38,050 bases of DNA from Flavobacteriales bacterium (GTDB lineage: Bacteria; Bacteroidota; Bacteroidia; Flavobacteriales; TMED113), in assembly GCA_002698365.1 (NCBI GenBank), contig NZWM01000024.1, forward strand, positions 1 to 38,050. The letters are read 5' to 3'. The notes under the pieces were generated by a model. That model searched no databases. It was not told where the DNA came from and saw only the letters and a list, made by a program, of their open reading frames with translations. Positions 1 to 7,690 of the stretch are shown here, one piece after another. Position numbers and translations under genes: made by a program. How positions within the stretch are numbered: position 1 is the stretch's first letter; every line of letters starts with the position of its first letter.

Positions 1-733
1 AAATAATTGATTTTGTTTTAACAGGAACACCACCATACCACCATGATCGATTTTGTCTAAAAATAGCATTCGCATCAAAAATTAAAAAACCTGCACGACA
101 CTCACAAGAAACAAAAATGCCTCCCTCTAATGTTGCAAGATTTTTCTTTCTTTTTAAATCTTTTTCGCTTAATCTATCTCCAAATTTTTTAAAATACTCT
201 GATTTTAAAGGGGTGGTTAAATCCCATATTAATTCGTCAAGATATGCTGAGGTCATCCTTCCTTGATATACACCATTAACAAAAGTCCCTGTTAAATTAT
301 TAGCCTCAACTTCCTTGTTTCGGCCATATTTTACTTCTCGTTGATATGTGAGCTGTCCTTGTCCACACAAACTTCCATTTAGCCATTCACCATCATACTC
401 TATATTTTTCATCAATTTATTATTCCCAAAAACACCCTTTCCGAAACCATGTCTTTGGTTGTCGCGAAATTCACCGTCATAAGAAAATCCTTTTTTAGAA
501 GACTCCTCCCCAAAACCATGTTTTTTACCGTTCTTCCACTCTCCATTGTACATGTAGCCTTTCTTATTTGAAAAAACACCATCACCATGTGGTTCTCCAT
601 CTAAAAACTCTCCAACATAAATCCCATTTTTAAACTTATACTCCCCCGGTCCATTTTGGCAGTCACCCACTATACACTGAGAAAAAATCCACAATGGAGC
701 CAACATCAATAAGAAAAAACTTTTTTGCTTCAC
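1..733 (-). CDS. Secreted MORN-repeat protein (3' end runs off window)
   Basis: Hand translation from GTG at 733 stays open to the window edge: MKQKSFFLLMLAPLWIFS|QCIVGDCQNGPGEYKFKNGIYVGEFLDGEPHGDG...YNGEWKNGKKHGFG...YDGEFRDNQRHGFG...YDGEWLNGSLCGQG. It has a signal peptide, a CxxGDCxNG cap and YxGEWxxGxxHGxG MORN units. It is absent from the ORF track because there is no stop in the window. Confidence 0.85.
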   Translation of the reverse strand, partial: MKQKSFFLLMLAPLWIFSQCIVGDCQNGPGEYKFKNGIYVGEFLDGEPHGDGVFSNKKGYMYNGEWKNGKKHGFGEESSKKGFSYDGEFRDNQRHGFGKGVFGNNKLMKNIEYDGEWLNGSLCGQGQLTYQREVKYGRNKEVEANNLTGTFVNGVYQGRMTSAYLDELIWDLTTPLKSEYFKKFGDRLSEKDLKRKKNLATLEGGIFVSCECRAGFLIFDANAIFRQNRSWWYGGVPVKTKSII

Positions 734-822
734 GTTGTTTTTTTAACTGAAAAATTCATTATTGCTAATAAAGATAAAAAATAATGACAAACTCCCTGAT
801 TTATTTTGATGTTGATTATGAT

Positions 823-830
823 TATATTTG
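823..830 (+). promoter_or_regulatory. Bacteroidota sigma-A -7 box (TATATTTG) ahead of the three-gene operon
   Basis: Exact TAnnTTTG match 3 nt before ATG 834. The TTG start called by the ORF track at 828 lies inside this box. No well-spaced -33 TTG is seen. Confidence 0.5.
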
Positions 831-833
831 ATT

Positions 834-2084
834 ATGGATAAATTAGCTACAAAAAAAATAAATAATTCATTATTAAAAATAATAGGATTTTTTCAATATG
901 ATCAAGAATGCCCGGCTAATTTCAAAGAGCATGGCTATAAAGACGTAGAACTTGATGATGCCACATATAAATTTTTAATTCAGGGATATCATACGGAATA
1001 CGTAGATCGTATGTTTAACAATAGTCATGAAAACAGTGTCATTAGATTAAAGAAAAAACTGAATATAAAAGCACAAATAAAGACAACTAAAAATGATTTA
1101 TTAAATATACTACTAGATAGTGTTGAGTTGTTTTTTTTTAGAGACATGTTTCAAGATTCTCAAATGGCCTTATTTTCGATAACATATTCTCCAGACGCGT
1201 TAACTTTAAAAAAAATATCAGATTTATCATTTTTATTGAGAAATCCTGACACCAATATTAGTTATAACAATGAGGAATTACGTTTTCATCAATTAATCTC
1301 TCAGGATTTTTTGTGTGGACAAAAATTTTACGGAGATAATACCGAAATTGCAAAATATGCTGGCTCAAAATTCAAAACATATACAATCATAGACATTGAG
1401 GACAACACCTTAAACACAGAGAATTTGCTGTATGAAATAGGCACTTTTTCTCGAATTGGCGAAATAGAATCAGGTGGTCTAAATGCTCCATCTGAATTAT
1501 ATAAAGAAAAAATACTCTCTCAGAAGATATCTTGTTTTAAAAATTACCAATGTTTACCACTATTGGATTCATTTACAGTTGTAGGGACCAATAATTATAA
1601 TTTCAATGATGAAAAAAATCACAACACATGGGATAATATATATTTTTCTATATATATATATAATTTATATGTTAAATGCTCCATACAAAAGCTGTTGGAT
1701 CATTTTCCGAACAACCCGCTACAACAAAGGTCTGAGTTTCAAAAATTTTATAATAAGTATTTTTTAAGAAAAATATCTTTTAATTTTTTACCTAATGAAA
1801 TTTTTATCGGCATAAAATCAGCACTAGATATAGAACAAGACATTAAATTTGTAGAAGAAAGAATAGAGCGATTATCTAACCAAATAAATGAGAGAAATCA
1901 AAAAAAATTGGAAATTTTACTCTTGTTTATTACTTTAATGGGGGTTGTAGAAAGTCAAATTGTGGGCGCGTTTAAAAATTGGCTGGGTTTCAGCAGTCCT
2001 TTTTTAGTTGACATGGGGTTATATGTACTATTAATAGTATTGATTTTTGTAATATACTTTAGGAAAAAAAAATATCATGGATAA
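834..2084 (+). CDS. CorA-like membrane protein (divergent, no GMN motif; resembles CRISPR type III-associated CorA effectors)
   Basis: Large soluble N-terminal alpha/beta region, then helical YFSIYIYNLY...FQKFYNKYFLRKISFNFLPNEIF...LDIEQDIKFVEERIERLSNQINERNQKKLE stalk. Two C-terminal TM helices (LEILLLFITLMGVV; GLYVLLIVLIFVIYF) are followed by RKKK. ATG 834 is preferred over TTG 828. Confidence 0.7.
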   Translation: MDKLATKKINNSLLKIIGFFQYDQECPANFKEHGYKDVELDDATYKFLIQGYHTEYVDRMFNNSHENSVIRLKKKLNIKAQIKTTKNDLLNILLDSVELFFFRDMFQDSQMALFSITYSPDALTLKKISDLSFLLRNPDTNISYNNEELRFHQLISQDFLCGQKFYGDNTEIAKYAGSKFKTYTIIDIEDNTLNTENLLYEIGTFSRIGEIESGGLNAPSELYKEKILSQKISCFKNYQCLPLLDSFTVVGTNNYNFNDEKNHNTWDNIYFSIYIYNLYVKCSIQKLLDHFPNNPLQQRSEFQKFYNKYFLRKISFNFLPNEIFIGIKSALDIEQDIKFVEERIERLSNQINERNQKKLEILLLFITLMGVVESQIVGAFKNWLGFSSPFLVDMGLYVLLIVLIFVIYFRKKKYHG

Positions 2085-3609
2085 TCATATTTTAATAAAA
2101 CTAATAGATTTAATTCATTCTACAAAAGAATTAAAAAGCTCTCCTAATCTTATTTGTCAACAATCTAGAGTTACATGTGAAGCTATACTAAAAGAAATTT
2201 ATAAAAAAGAGGTCGGTCCACTGCCCCCTAAAATTATGTTTCAGAATTTATATCAAAAAATAGAAAAGGAATCTCCTGGCGCTATACCAAACGGAATTAT
2301 GCTCTGTATCACAACTATTCAAGCTTATGGCAATAATGCTTCACATGCTCAAGATGACTTAGACCAATTAGACGACACTGCTGCCGATATCGTAGAGAAA
2401 GCTTTAGGAAAAACATGTAACTGGTTTTTTAATGAATATATAAAAATTGAAAATTCCAAGACTTATAATTTTGATGCTATTAATCCTGTGAGTTCTAAAG
2501 CAAAACAATGTGGTATAGAAAATTATAAAACTATTTTAATGGATGTGCTTAATGATGGTATTTTAGAGTTCCATGAATACGAATCTGTTATAGAAGCGAG
2601 AAATATGCTAGAATTAAATATCGATCAAATAGAAAAAATTGAGAGAGAAACAATAAATGAATTGACGGGAAAAAGGGTTCGAAAGCTTTCTGATATTTTA
2701 GAAGACTCAAAGACAGATTCTATTATATATGAAAAAAACAATTTGAATTATCCATTGTGGGCTACTGATGCAATTGACAAAATAAACAAATTAAGTTGTC
2801 CAGAATGGCAAACATATTTAAATAGATTTATATCAGCTATAAAATCAAAAGACACACCATATAATTCTTCGGTTCTCCCATTACTAGGTGGTTGGCAAGG
2901 CTGGTTTGCGCAGTCAGGTAAAAAAACATACTTTAATTTATTTTTCATTGTTAAAAACAATAATGAAATCACAGGTCTTTCAATAGAACCTATAGATCCA
3001 ACCTGGTCAAAAGCTCCACCACCAAATGTACAATTCTTACTAGCTGAACTAAACGGAAGTCTAGTTGATGACATATTATTTACCTATACTAAAAAATACA
3101 CACTACATTGGTCTCATGAAATTAAATATGAGGGTGTTATTATTGATGAGGGCAAATATTTTGAGGGAGAATGGTCTATTGGGGAGAGTTTGAATGGAGC
3201 ATTTAATGCAATGAAAACAAAATCACTATTACCTATTCGAATTTTTAATACGGATGATAAAAAACCGTTAGTAAAAACTATTTTTTTCAATCATTTTAAC
3301 AAACTCATGTCATCTTGGTTTGTTCAACTGAGGGGTAAAGATTTTGAGTTTCTAATTTTCCACCTGTTAGAGTTAAGTGATAAAGTATTAGCTAACATAG
3401 TCAGTTACAACAATAATGAAATAAAAGTTTTATTTTATCAAGGTAATAAAATAGATAAAACAATTAATATTTATCACTATAATAATGAGGGTGTTGAAAA
3501 TAAAAATGATAAAATATCATTTGCAATAGATTGGAATTCTAATACAATTAGTGGAACTGCTCGAAGCATAAAATTCCCTATTCGATCATTAAAAGGATTT
3601 AAAATTTAA
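2077..3609 (+). CDS. Multidomain protein: DUF4145/HEPN-like N-terminus, TerB-like helical segment, two predicted C-terminal beta-barrels
   Basis: SRVTCEAILKEIY...IQAYGNNASH is the DUF4145 pattern. YKTILMDVLNDGILEFHEYESVIEARNMLELNIDQIEKIE is the DGxxxxxE TerB-like pattern. LLGGWQGWF...YTKKY...HEIKYEG...FEGEWSIG...GAF is an 8-strand barrel pattern, followed by a degenerate second copy. It overlaps the upstream gene by 8 nt. Confidence 0.6.
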   Translation: MDNHILIKLIDLIHSTKELKSSPNLICQQSRVTCEAILKEIYKKEVGPLPPKIMFQNLYQKIEKESPGAIPNGIMLCITTIQAYGNNASHAQDDLDQLDDTAADIVEKALGKTCNWFFNEYIKIENSKTYNFDAINPVSSKAKQCGIENYKTILMDVLNDGILEFHEYESVIEARNMLELNIDQIEKIERETINELTGKRVRKLSDILEDSKTDSIIYEKNNLNYPLWATDAIDKINKLSCPEWQTYLNRFISAIKSKDTPYNSSVLPLLGGWQGWFAQSGKKTYFNLFFIVKNNNEITGLSIEPIDPTWSKAPPPNVQFLLAELNGSLVDDILFTYTKKYTLHWSHEIKYEGVIIDEGKYFEGEWSIGESLNGAFNAMKTKSLLPIRIFNTDDKKPLVKTIFFNHFNKLMSSWFVQLRGKDFEFLIFHLLELSDKVLANIVSYNNNEIKVLFYQGNKIDKTINIYHYNNEGVENKNDKISFAIDWNSNTISGTARSIKFPIRSLKGFKI

Positions 3610-3610
3610 C

Positions 3611-4210
3611 ATGAATATACTCATTACATCATTTGGACCATTTCAAAATTTCCAGAAAAATCCCAGCAATATAATTATGAAACTATTGGAAAGAGATGAC
3701 TATTTTGGTAAACATAAAATGATTGATTTTAATACTATTGATGTTAGCTATAGTCGGGTAGATAATTTTGCTCAATCAATGAATGAGGAATATCAACTAA
3801 TTATACACCTAGGGGTTGCATCAAATTCTAAAATAAGCCGCATTGAAACAAGAGCATATAATCAGGTTGAGGGTGTTGACATAAATAATGAAAAGAAGGA
3901 TAATGAGAAAATATGTACAAAGGGGGCTTCTTTACTATTTACAAACTATCCAGAATTATTAATAGATAAAATTCGAAAAACACATACTAATTACGTTACT
4001 GTTTCAAAAGATCCTGGCAGATACTTATGTAATTACCTATATTATAAAAGCTTGTTGTTGCAAAATAGTAAGCAAGCCATTCTTTTTTTTCATGTTGCTG
4101 ATTTTCAGAATCAACATTTGGCTCCTGGTCCGAAGCAACAGGCAAATATTATTAAAGATATAGTTGATGTTTTTACAAAGGACCATACACAAATTGATGT
4201 TAGCTCATAG
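3611..4210 (+). CDS. pcp: Pyroglutamyl peptidase I (peptidase C15)
   Basis: ILITSFGPF...NPS N-terminal motif; IHLGV; catalytic triad in RIETRAYN (E79), DPGRYLCNYLYY (C140) and FFHV (H161). No signal peptide. It starts 1 nt after the upstream stop. Confidence 0.9.
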   Translation: MNILITSFGPFQNFQKNPSNIIMKLLERDDYFGKHKMIDFNTIDVSYSRVDNFAQSMNEEYQLIIHLGVASNSKISRIETRAYNQVEGVDINNEKKDNEKICTKGASLLFTNYPELLIDKIRKTHTNYVTVSKDPGRYLCNYLYYKSLLLQNSKQAILFFHVADFQNQHLAPGPKQQANIIKDIVDVFTKDHTQIDVSS

Positions 4211-4320
4211 TGGTTTTAGTATTCAGCGGGAATTCTAAGAAATTATAAAGAACAATAGTAAATTAAGTTATTATTTTAGATGTAATTGTAAAATATCAAA
4301 AAAGTGGGAAAAGGGGTTTG

Positions 4321-4394
4321 TGACCCTGGCAGGATTCGAACCTGCAACCAGCAGAGCCGAAATCTGCCATTCTATCCAGTTGAACTACAGGGCC
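4321..4394 (-). tRNA. tRNA-Arg, anticodon UCG
   Basis: The reverse complement folds as GGCCCTG acceptor / CAGGGTC-A, D arm GTTC-AACTGGATA-GAAT, anticodon arm GCAGA-TTTCGGC-TCTGC and T arm GCAGG-TTCGAAT-CCTGC. CCA is not encoded. Confidence 0.97.
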
Positions 4395-4408
4395 AGGATA
4401 TATGATTG

Positions 4409-4416
4409 CAAAAATA
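4409..4416 (-). promoter_or_regulatory. -7 box (TATTTTTG) for tRNA-Arg
   Basis: Exact TAnnTTTG match followed by C, 14 nt upstream of the tRNA 5' end. Confidence 0.65.
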
Positions 4417-4464
4417 CCAAAATACTCTTGATATTCGTTATATTTAAAAAATAGTTTTAACGCC

Positions 4465-6909
4465 ATGAGGGTTCTCTTATTGTTATTATTCTTTCATATT
4501 GCCCAAGGGCAACATCTTCCAATTAATGATTGGGCGATGCATCTAAATTACACACAAGTCAACACAATAATCCATGGGGATAATAACACTTTTGTAGGAA
4601 CAAGGTCTGGATTGTTTTCATATGATTTAAATGACAATAGTCTCCGAAGTTTTTCAAAACTAGATGGCTTAGCTTCATTAGATATAACTGCATTAGCACA
4701 TGACGCTGAAAACAATCAGCTTATTATTGGCTATCAAAATGGCAATATAGACATACTTAAAAACAATCACATTACCAACATTCCCTATATAGCAATGGCT
4801 AATATTTTATCAGAAAAAACAATTAAGGACATTTTTGTTGACGATCATCTTGCATATATATCTTGTCCCTTTGGGTTGGTGGTTTTAAATATTACAAATG
4901 CTGAAATTAAAGAAACATATTATTTTACTCAAAATGGGGTTAATGCCAAAGTTTTTGATTCCCACATATTTAATGATCAAATAAACACATCAAATGATAA
5001 TTTTTTAGCAAATAAAATTTTTGTGGGAACAGACAACGGGCTTTTCTACGCAAACAAAAATGATAATTTGCTAGATTTTCAAGTCTGGAAAAATGACTGT
5101 AGTATTAATTTATTTGGAGTGGATTATGATTTGCAGGGTGTCAGGGTTAAAAAAGTAATTGGCTATGACCAAGGAGATGCTGGGGGAAAACAATTAATGA
5201 TTGGCACAGCGACTAATGCATCAGAGGACGTCTTTGCTAAATTACCACCAAACAATGAGTTTAATTTTTTCACATTTAACACAAATGGTGAAATTATGGG
5301 GGAGAACACAATAGAAGCCCCCGTTTTTAATGTGAATAAAAACATCTTAGGAAATATTATCAGTGTTAACCTAAATCAGAAATCCCGAATTATAACAATT
5401 ATAACATCCCATTTCGAAAATCAAAAAATAATTATTTTGGATGAATATTCAGACATAATATTATCCGAAAACATAACAAACATAAGTAGCCAAAATATTG
5501 ACTTATCAATAGTAGATGCTGTTGTTTCAGACAGCTTTAACATTTCTGAAAAAATTTTCATAGGAGATTCTCGTGGAGGGCTTTATGTTGTTAATAACAA
5601 ACTAAATGTGTTAGACCAAGTCTGTCCAAATGGACCAGCTGGTAGAAATGCTGGGTCGATAATAAATAGTGGAGATAAAATTATGCTTACACACGGTGGA
5701 AAAACGACATCTTGGAATAACTCCTACAACTATCAAGAAGTTTCACTTTTTCAAAATTCTCAATGGTCCCAATCTAATCAATTAATTAATGCAGGATATT
5801 ATGATGCAGTTGATGTTTGTGCTGATAATTTAAATGAAAATAGATTTTTTGTCGGAACCTGGAACAATGGGCTTTTAGAGCTAAATGGAGACTCGCTAGT
5901 TAATCACTACAATGAAAAAAACAGCTCCTTGGAAACAATTACTGATGATGGGTGGATAAGGATTGGTGGATTGGATACTGATTTCAATAATGCACTTTGG
6001 ATAACTAATAGCCAATCGGAAAAACCGTTGGTTAAATTTTATAATGGATCCTGGACAAGTTTTTCTGTTCCAAACATACCCACTAATACTATGAGTGGGA
6101 AAATTCTATGTGCTAGTAATGGACAAAAATGGATTCAATTGCGAAATGATGGTGTTGTGGTTGCTCAAGAGTCTGGAAAAGGAATGGTTTCAAAAAAATT
6201 AGGATCAATGAATGGTCTTGCTGGGCAAACTGTTAACTGTTTTATAGAGGACTTTAATGGCTCAATTTGGGTGGGTACTTCTCAAGGTCTCTCGGTGTGT
6301 TATTTCCCTGACAATATTTTTAATAATTCTACATATAATGCGGAGCCCATTTTAATTGAAACCGATGATGGCTATGTTGAACAATTATTTGAAAACACCG
6401 AAATTCTAGATATTGAAGTTGATGGTGGAAACAGAAAGTGGGTGGGAACAAAAGCAAATGGCGTATTTTTAATTTCTGATGATGGAACAAGCCAAATAAA
6501 ACACTTTACAAAAGAAAATAGCCCATTAATTGACAATAATGTTAATCAAATAGCCATTCTCGAACAACAGGGTATAGTTTTTTTTGTGACTCCATTAGGA
6601 GTTTGTTCATATAGAGGAGATGGAACAAAAGCAAAAGATAATTATAATGATGTTTTAGTTTTTCCAAATCCTGTTCAAAAAAATTATACAGGCATAATTG
6701 CTATTTCTGGACTAAAAGAAAACACAAATGTTAAAATCACTGATATTACAGGAAACCTAGTATTCGAAACACTCTCAATTGGGGGTACAGCAACGTGGGA
6801 TGGAAAAAATTTTGATGGTGAAAAGGTTGCTACCGGAGTATATTTATTTCTCTGTATTGACGACAATTATAATGAAGGTGTTGTGAAAAAAGTTCTTATT
6901 TATAATTAA
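4465..6909 (+). CDS. porZ: T9SS anionic-LPS delivery protein PorZ-like (beta-propellers + T9SS C-terminal domain)
   Basis: Signal peptide; W-x-x-HL N-terminus; DGGNRKWVGT and IWVGTSQGL propeller repeats; CTD VFPNPV...VKITDITGNLV...WDGKN...TGVY...KVLI; directly upstream of recO as in other Bacteroidota. Confidence 0.85.
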   Translation: MRVLLLLLFFHIAQGQHLPINDWAMHLNYTQVNTIIHGDNNTFVGTRSGLFSYDLNDNSLRSFSKLDGLASLDITALAHDAENNQLIIGYQNGNIDILKNNHITNIPYIAMANILSEKTIKDIFVDDHLAYISCPFGLVVLNITNAEIKETYYFTQNGVNAKVFDSHIFNDQINTSNDNFLANKIFVGTDNGLFYANKNDNLLDFQVWKNDCSINLFGVDYDLQGVRVKKVIGYDQGDAGGKQLMIGTATNASEDVFAKLPPNNEFNFFTFNTNGEIMGENTIEAPVFNVNKNILGNIISVNLNQKSRIITIITSHFENQKIIILDEYSDIILSENITNISSQNIDLSIVDAVVSDSFNISEKIFIGDSRGGLYVVNNKLNVLDQVCPNGPAGRNAGSIINSGDKIMLTHGGKTTSWNNSYNYQEVSLFQNSQWSQSNQLINAGYYDAVDVCADNLNENRFFVGTWNNGLLELNGDSLVNHYNEKNSSLETITDDGWIRIGGLDTDFNNALWITNSQSEKPLVKFYNGSWTSFSVPNIPTNTMSGKILCASNGQKWIQLRNDGVVVAQESGKGMVSKKLGSMNGLAGQTVNCFIEDFNGSIWVGTSQGLSVCYFPDNIFNNSTYNAEPILIETDDGYVEQLFENTEILDIEVDGGNRKWVGTKANGVFLISDDGTSQIKHFTKENSPLIDNNVNQIAILEQQGIVFFVTPLGVCSYRGDGTKAKDNYNDVLVFPNPVQKNYTGIIAISGLKENTNVKITDITGNLVFETLSIGGTATWDGKNFDGEKVATGVYLFLCIDDNYNEGVVKKVLIYN

Positions 6910-6912
6910 TTT

Positions 6913-7641
6913 ATGTTTATAACCACTGGTGGCGTTGTTCTAAAATCTTACCCCTTTAAAGACGGCAGTTACATTGTAAAAGTGTTTACGTCTAAAAGTG
7001 GTCTGTTGTCATTTTTTGTGAAAAAAACAAAAAAAAAATCTATTGTTTATCAGCCGTTAACAATCCTGGAAATAACCTATCGAAAAAAGGAGAATAGTAG
7101 CTTGTTTTATATAAAAGATAGCCACATGTTATATGCTTATCAAAATCTTCTTTTTAATAGTGAGAAAATTCAAATAGCAATTATTCTGTCTGAAGTACTA
7201 CAAAAGTGCTTGGGCGACCGAAATACTGCACTCTATCAATTTATTGTTGACAGTTTTAAATGGCTAGATTTAGCTAAAGAAGATTATTCCGAATTTAGCA
7301 ATTTGTTTTTAATTAAATTTTGTGAAATAGCTGGTCTAAAGCCATATGGGGCGCTGGACTTTAAAGAGCACCCTAATCAACAACTAGATCTACAACAGGG
7401 TTTGTTTATTAGTTCTAATCTACATTCCAGCGAACTACAGAAACCCAAGTATATTGTTCCCGTTAAGGAAAGTTTGGAAATTTTCAAATTATCACAATTA
7501 GATTTTAAAAACTTGAAAACTCGCACAATTTCTAAAAGACTCAATGATTCTATTTTTGATTATCTTCTCAAATACATATCTATTCACTTAACCGACTTGC
7601 AATCAATTAAATCAATCAAAATATTAAAAGAAATGTTTTAA
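6913..7641 (+). CDS. recO: DNA repair protein RecO
   Basis: TTGGVVLKSYPFKDGSYIVKVFT..GL and YQPLTILEI OB-fold pattern; FLIKF...GLKP; C-terminal IKSIKILKEMF typical of Bacteroidota RecO. Confidence 0.88.
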   Translation: MFITTGGVVLKSYPFKDGSYIVKVFTSKSGLLSFFVKKTKKKSIVYQPLTILEITYRKKENSSLFYIKDSHMLYAYQNLLFNSEKIQIAIILSEVLQKCLGDRNTALYQFIVDSFKWLDLAKEDYSEFSNLFLIKFCEIAGLKPYGALDFKEHPNQQLDLQQGLFISSNLHSSELQKPKYIVPVKESLEIFKLSQLDFKNLKTRTISKRLNDSIFDYLLKYISIHLTDLQSIKSIKILKEMF

Positions 7642-7690
7642 ATAAAATGGCACATTTTTTGTATATATTTATTTATCTATAATAATTAAT

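Noticed and set aside
412-600. 62-aa ORF from the track
   Set aside because: It is an out-of-frame shadow of the MORN-repeat gene on the same strand.
1649-1662. (TA)7 tract and A/T8-9 runs in the CorA-like gene as phase-variation sites
   Set aside because: A similar (AT)6 run is in the core TPR gene (17462-17473) and A10 is in recO, so this looks like background for the base composition.
834-4320. CRISPR array or cas genes expected beside a CorA-like effector
   Set aside because: No repeat-spacer array and no Cas10/Cmr/Csm-like ORF seen anywhere in the window.
787-4321. Imperfect inverted repeat ACAAACTCCCT (787-797) versus the reverse complement of 4311-4321 flanking the operon
   Set aside because: Only 9/11 identity, with no transposase and no target duplication; likely chance.
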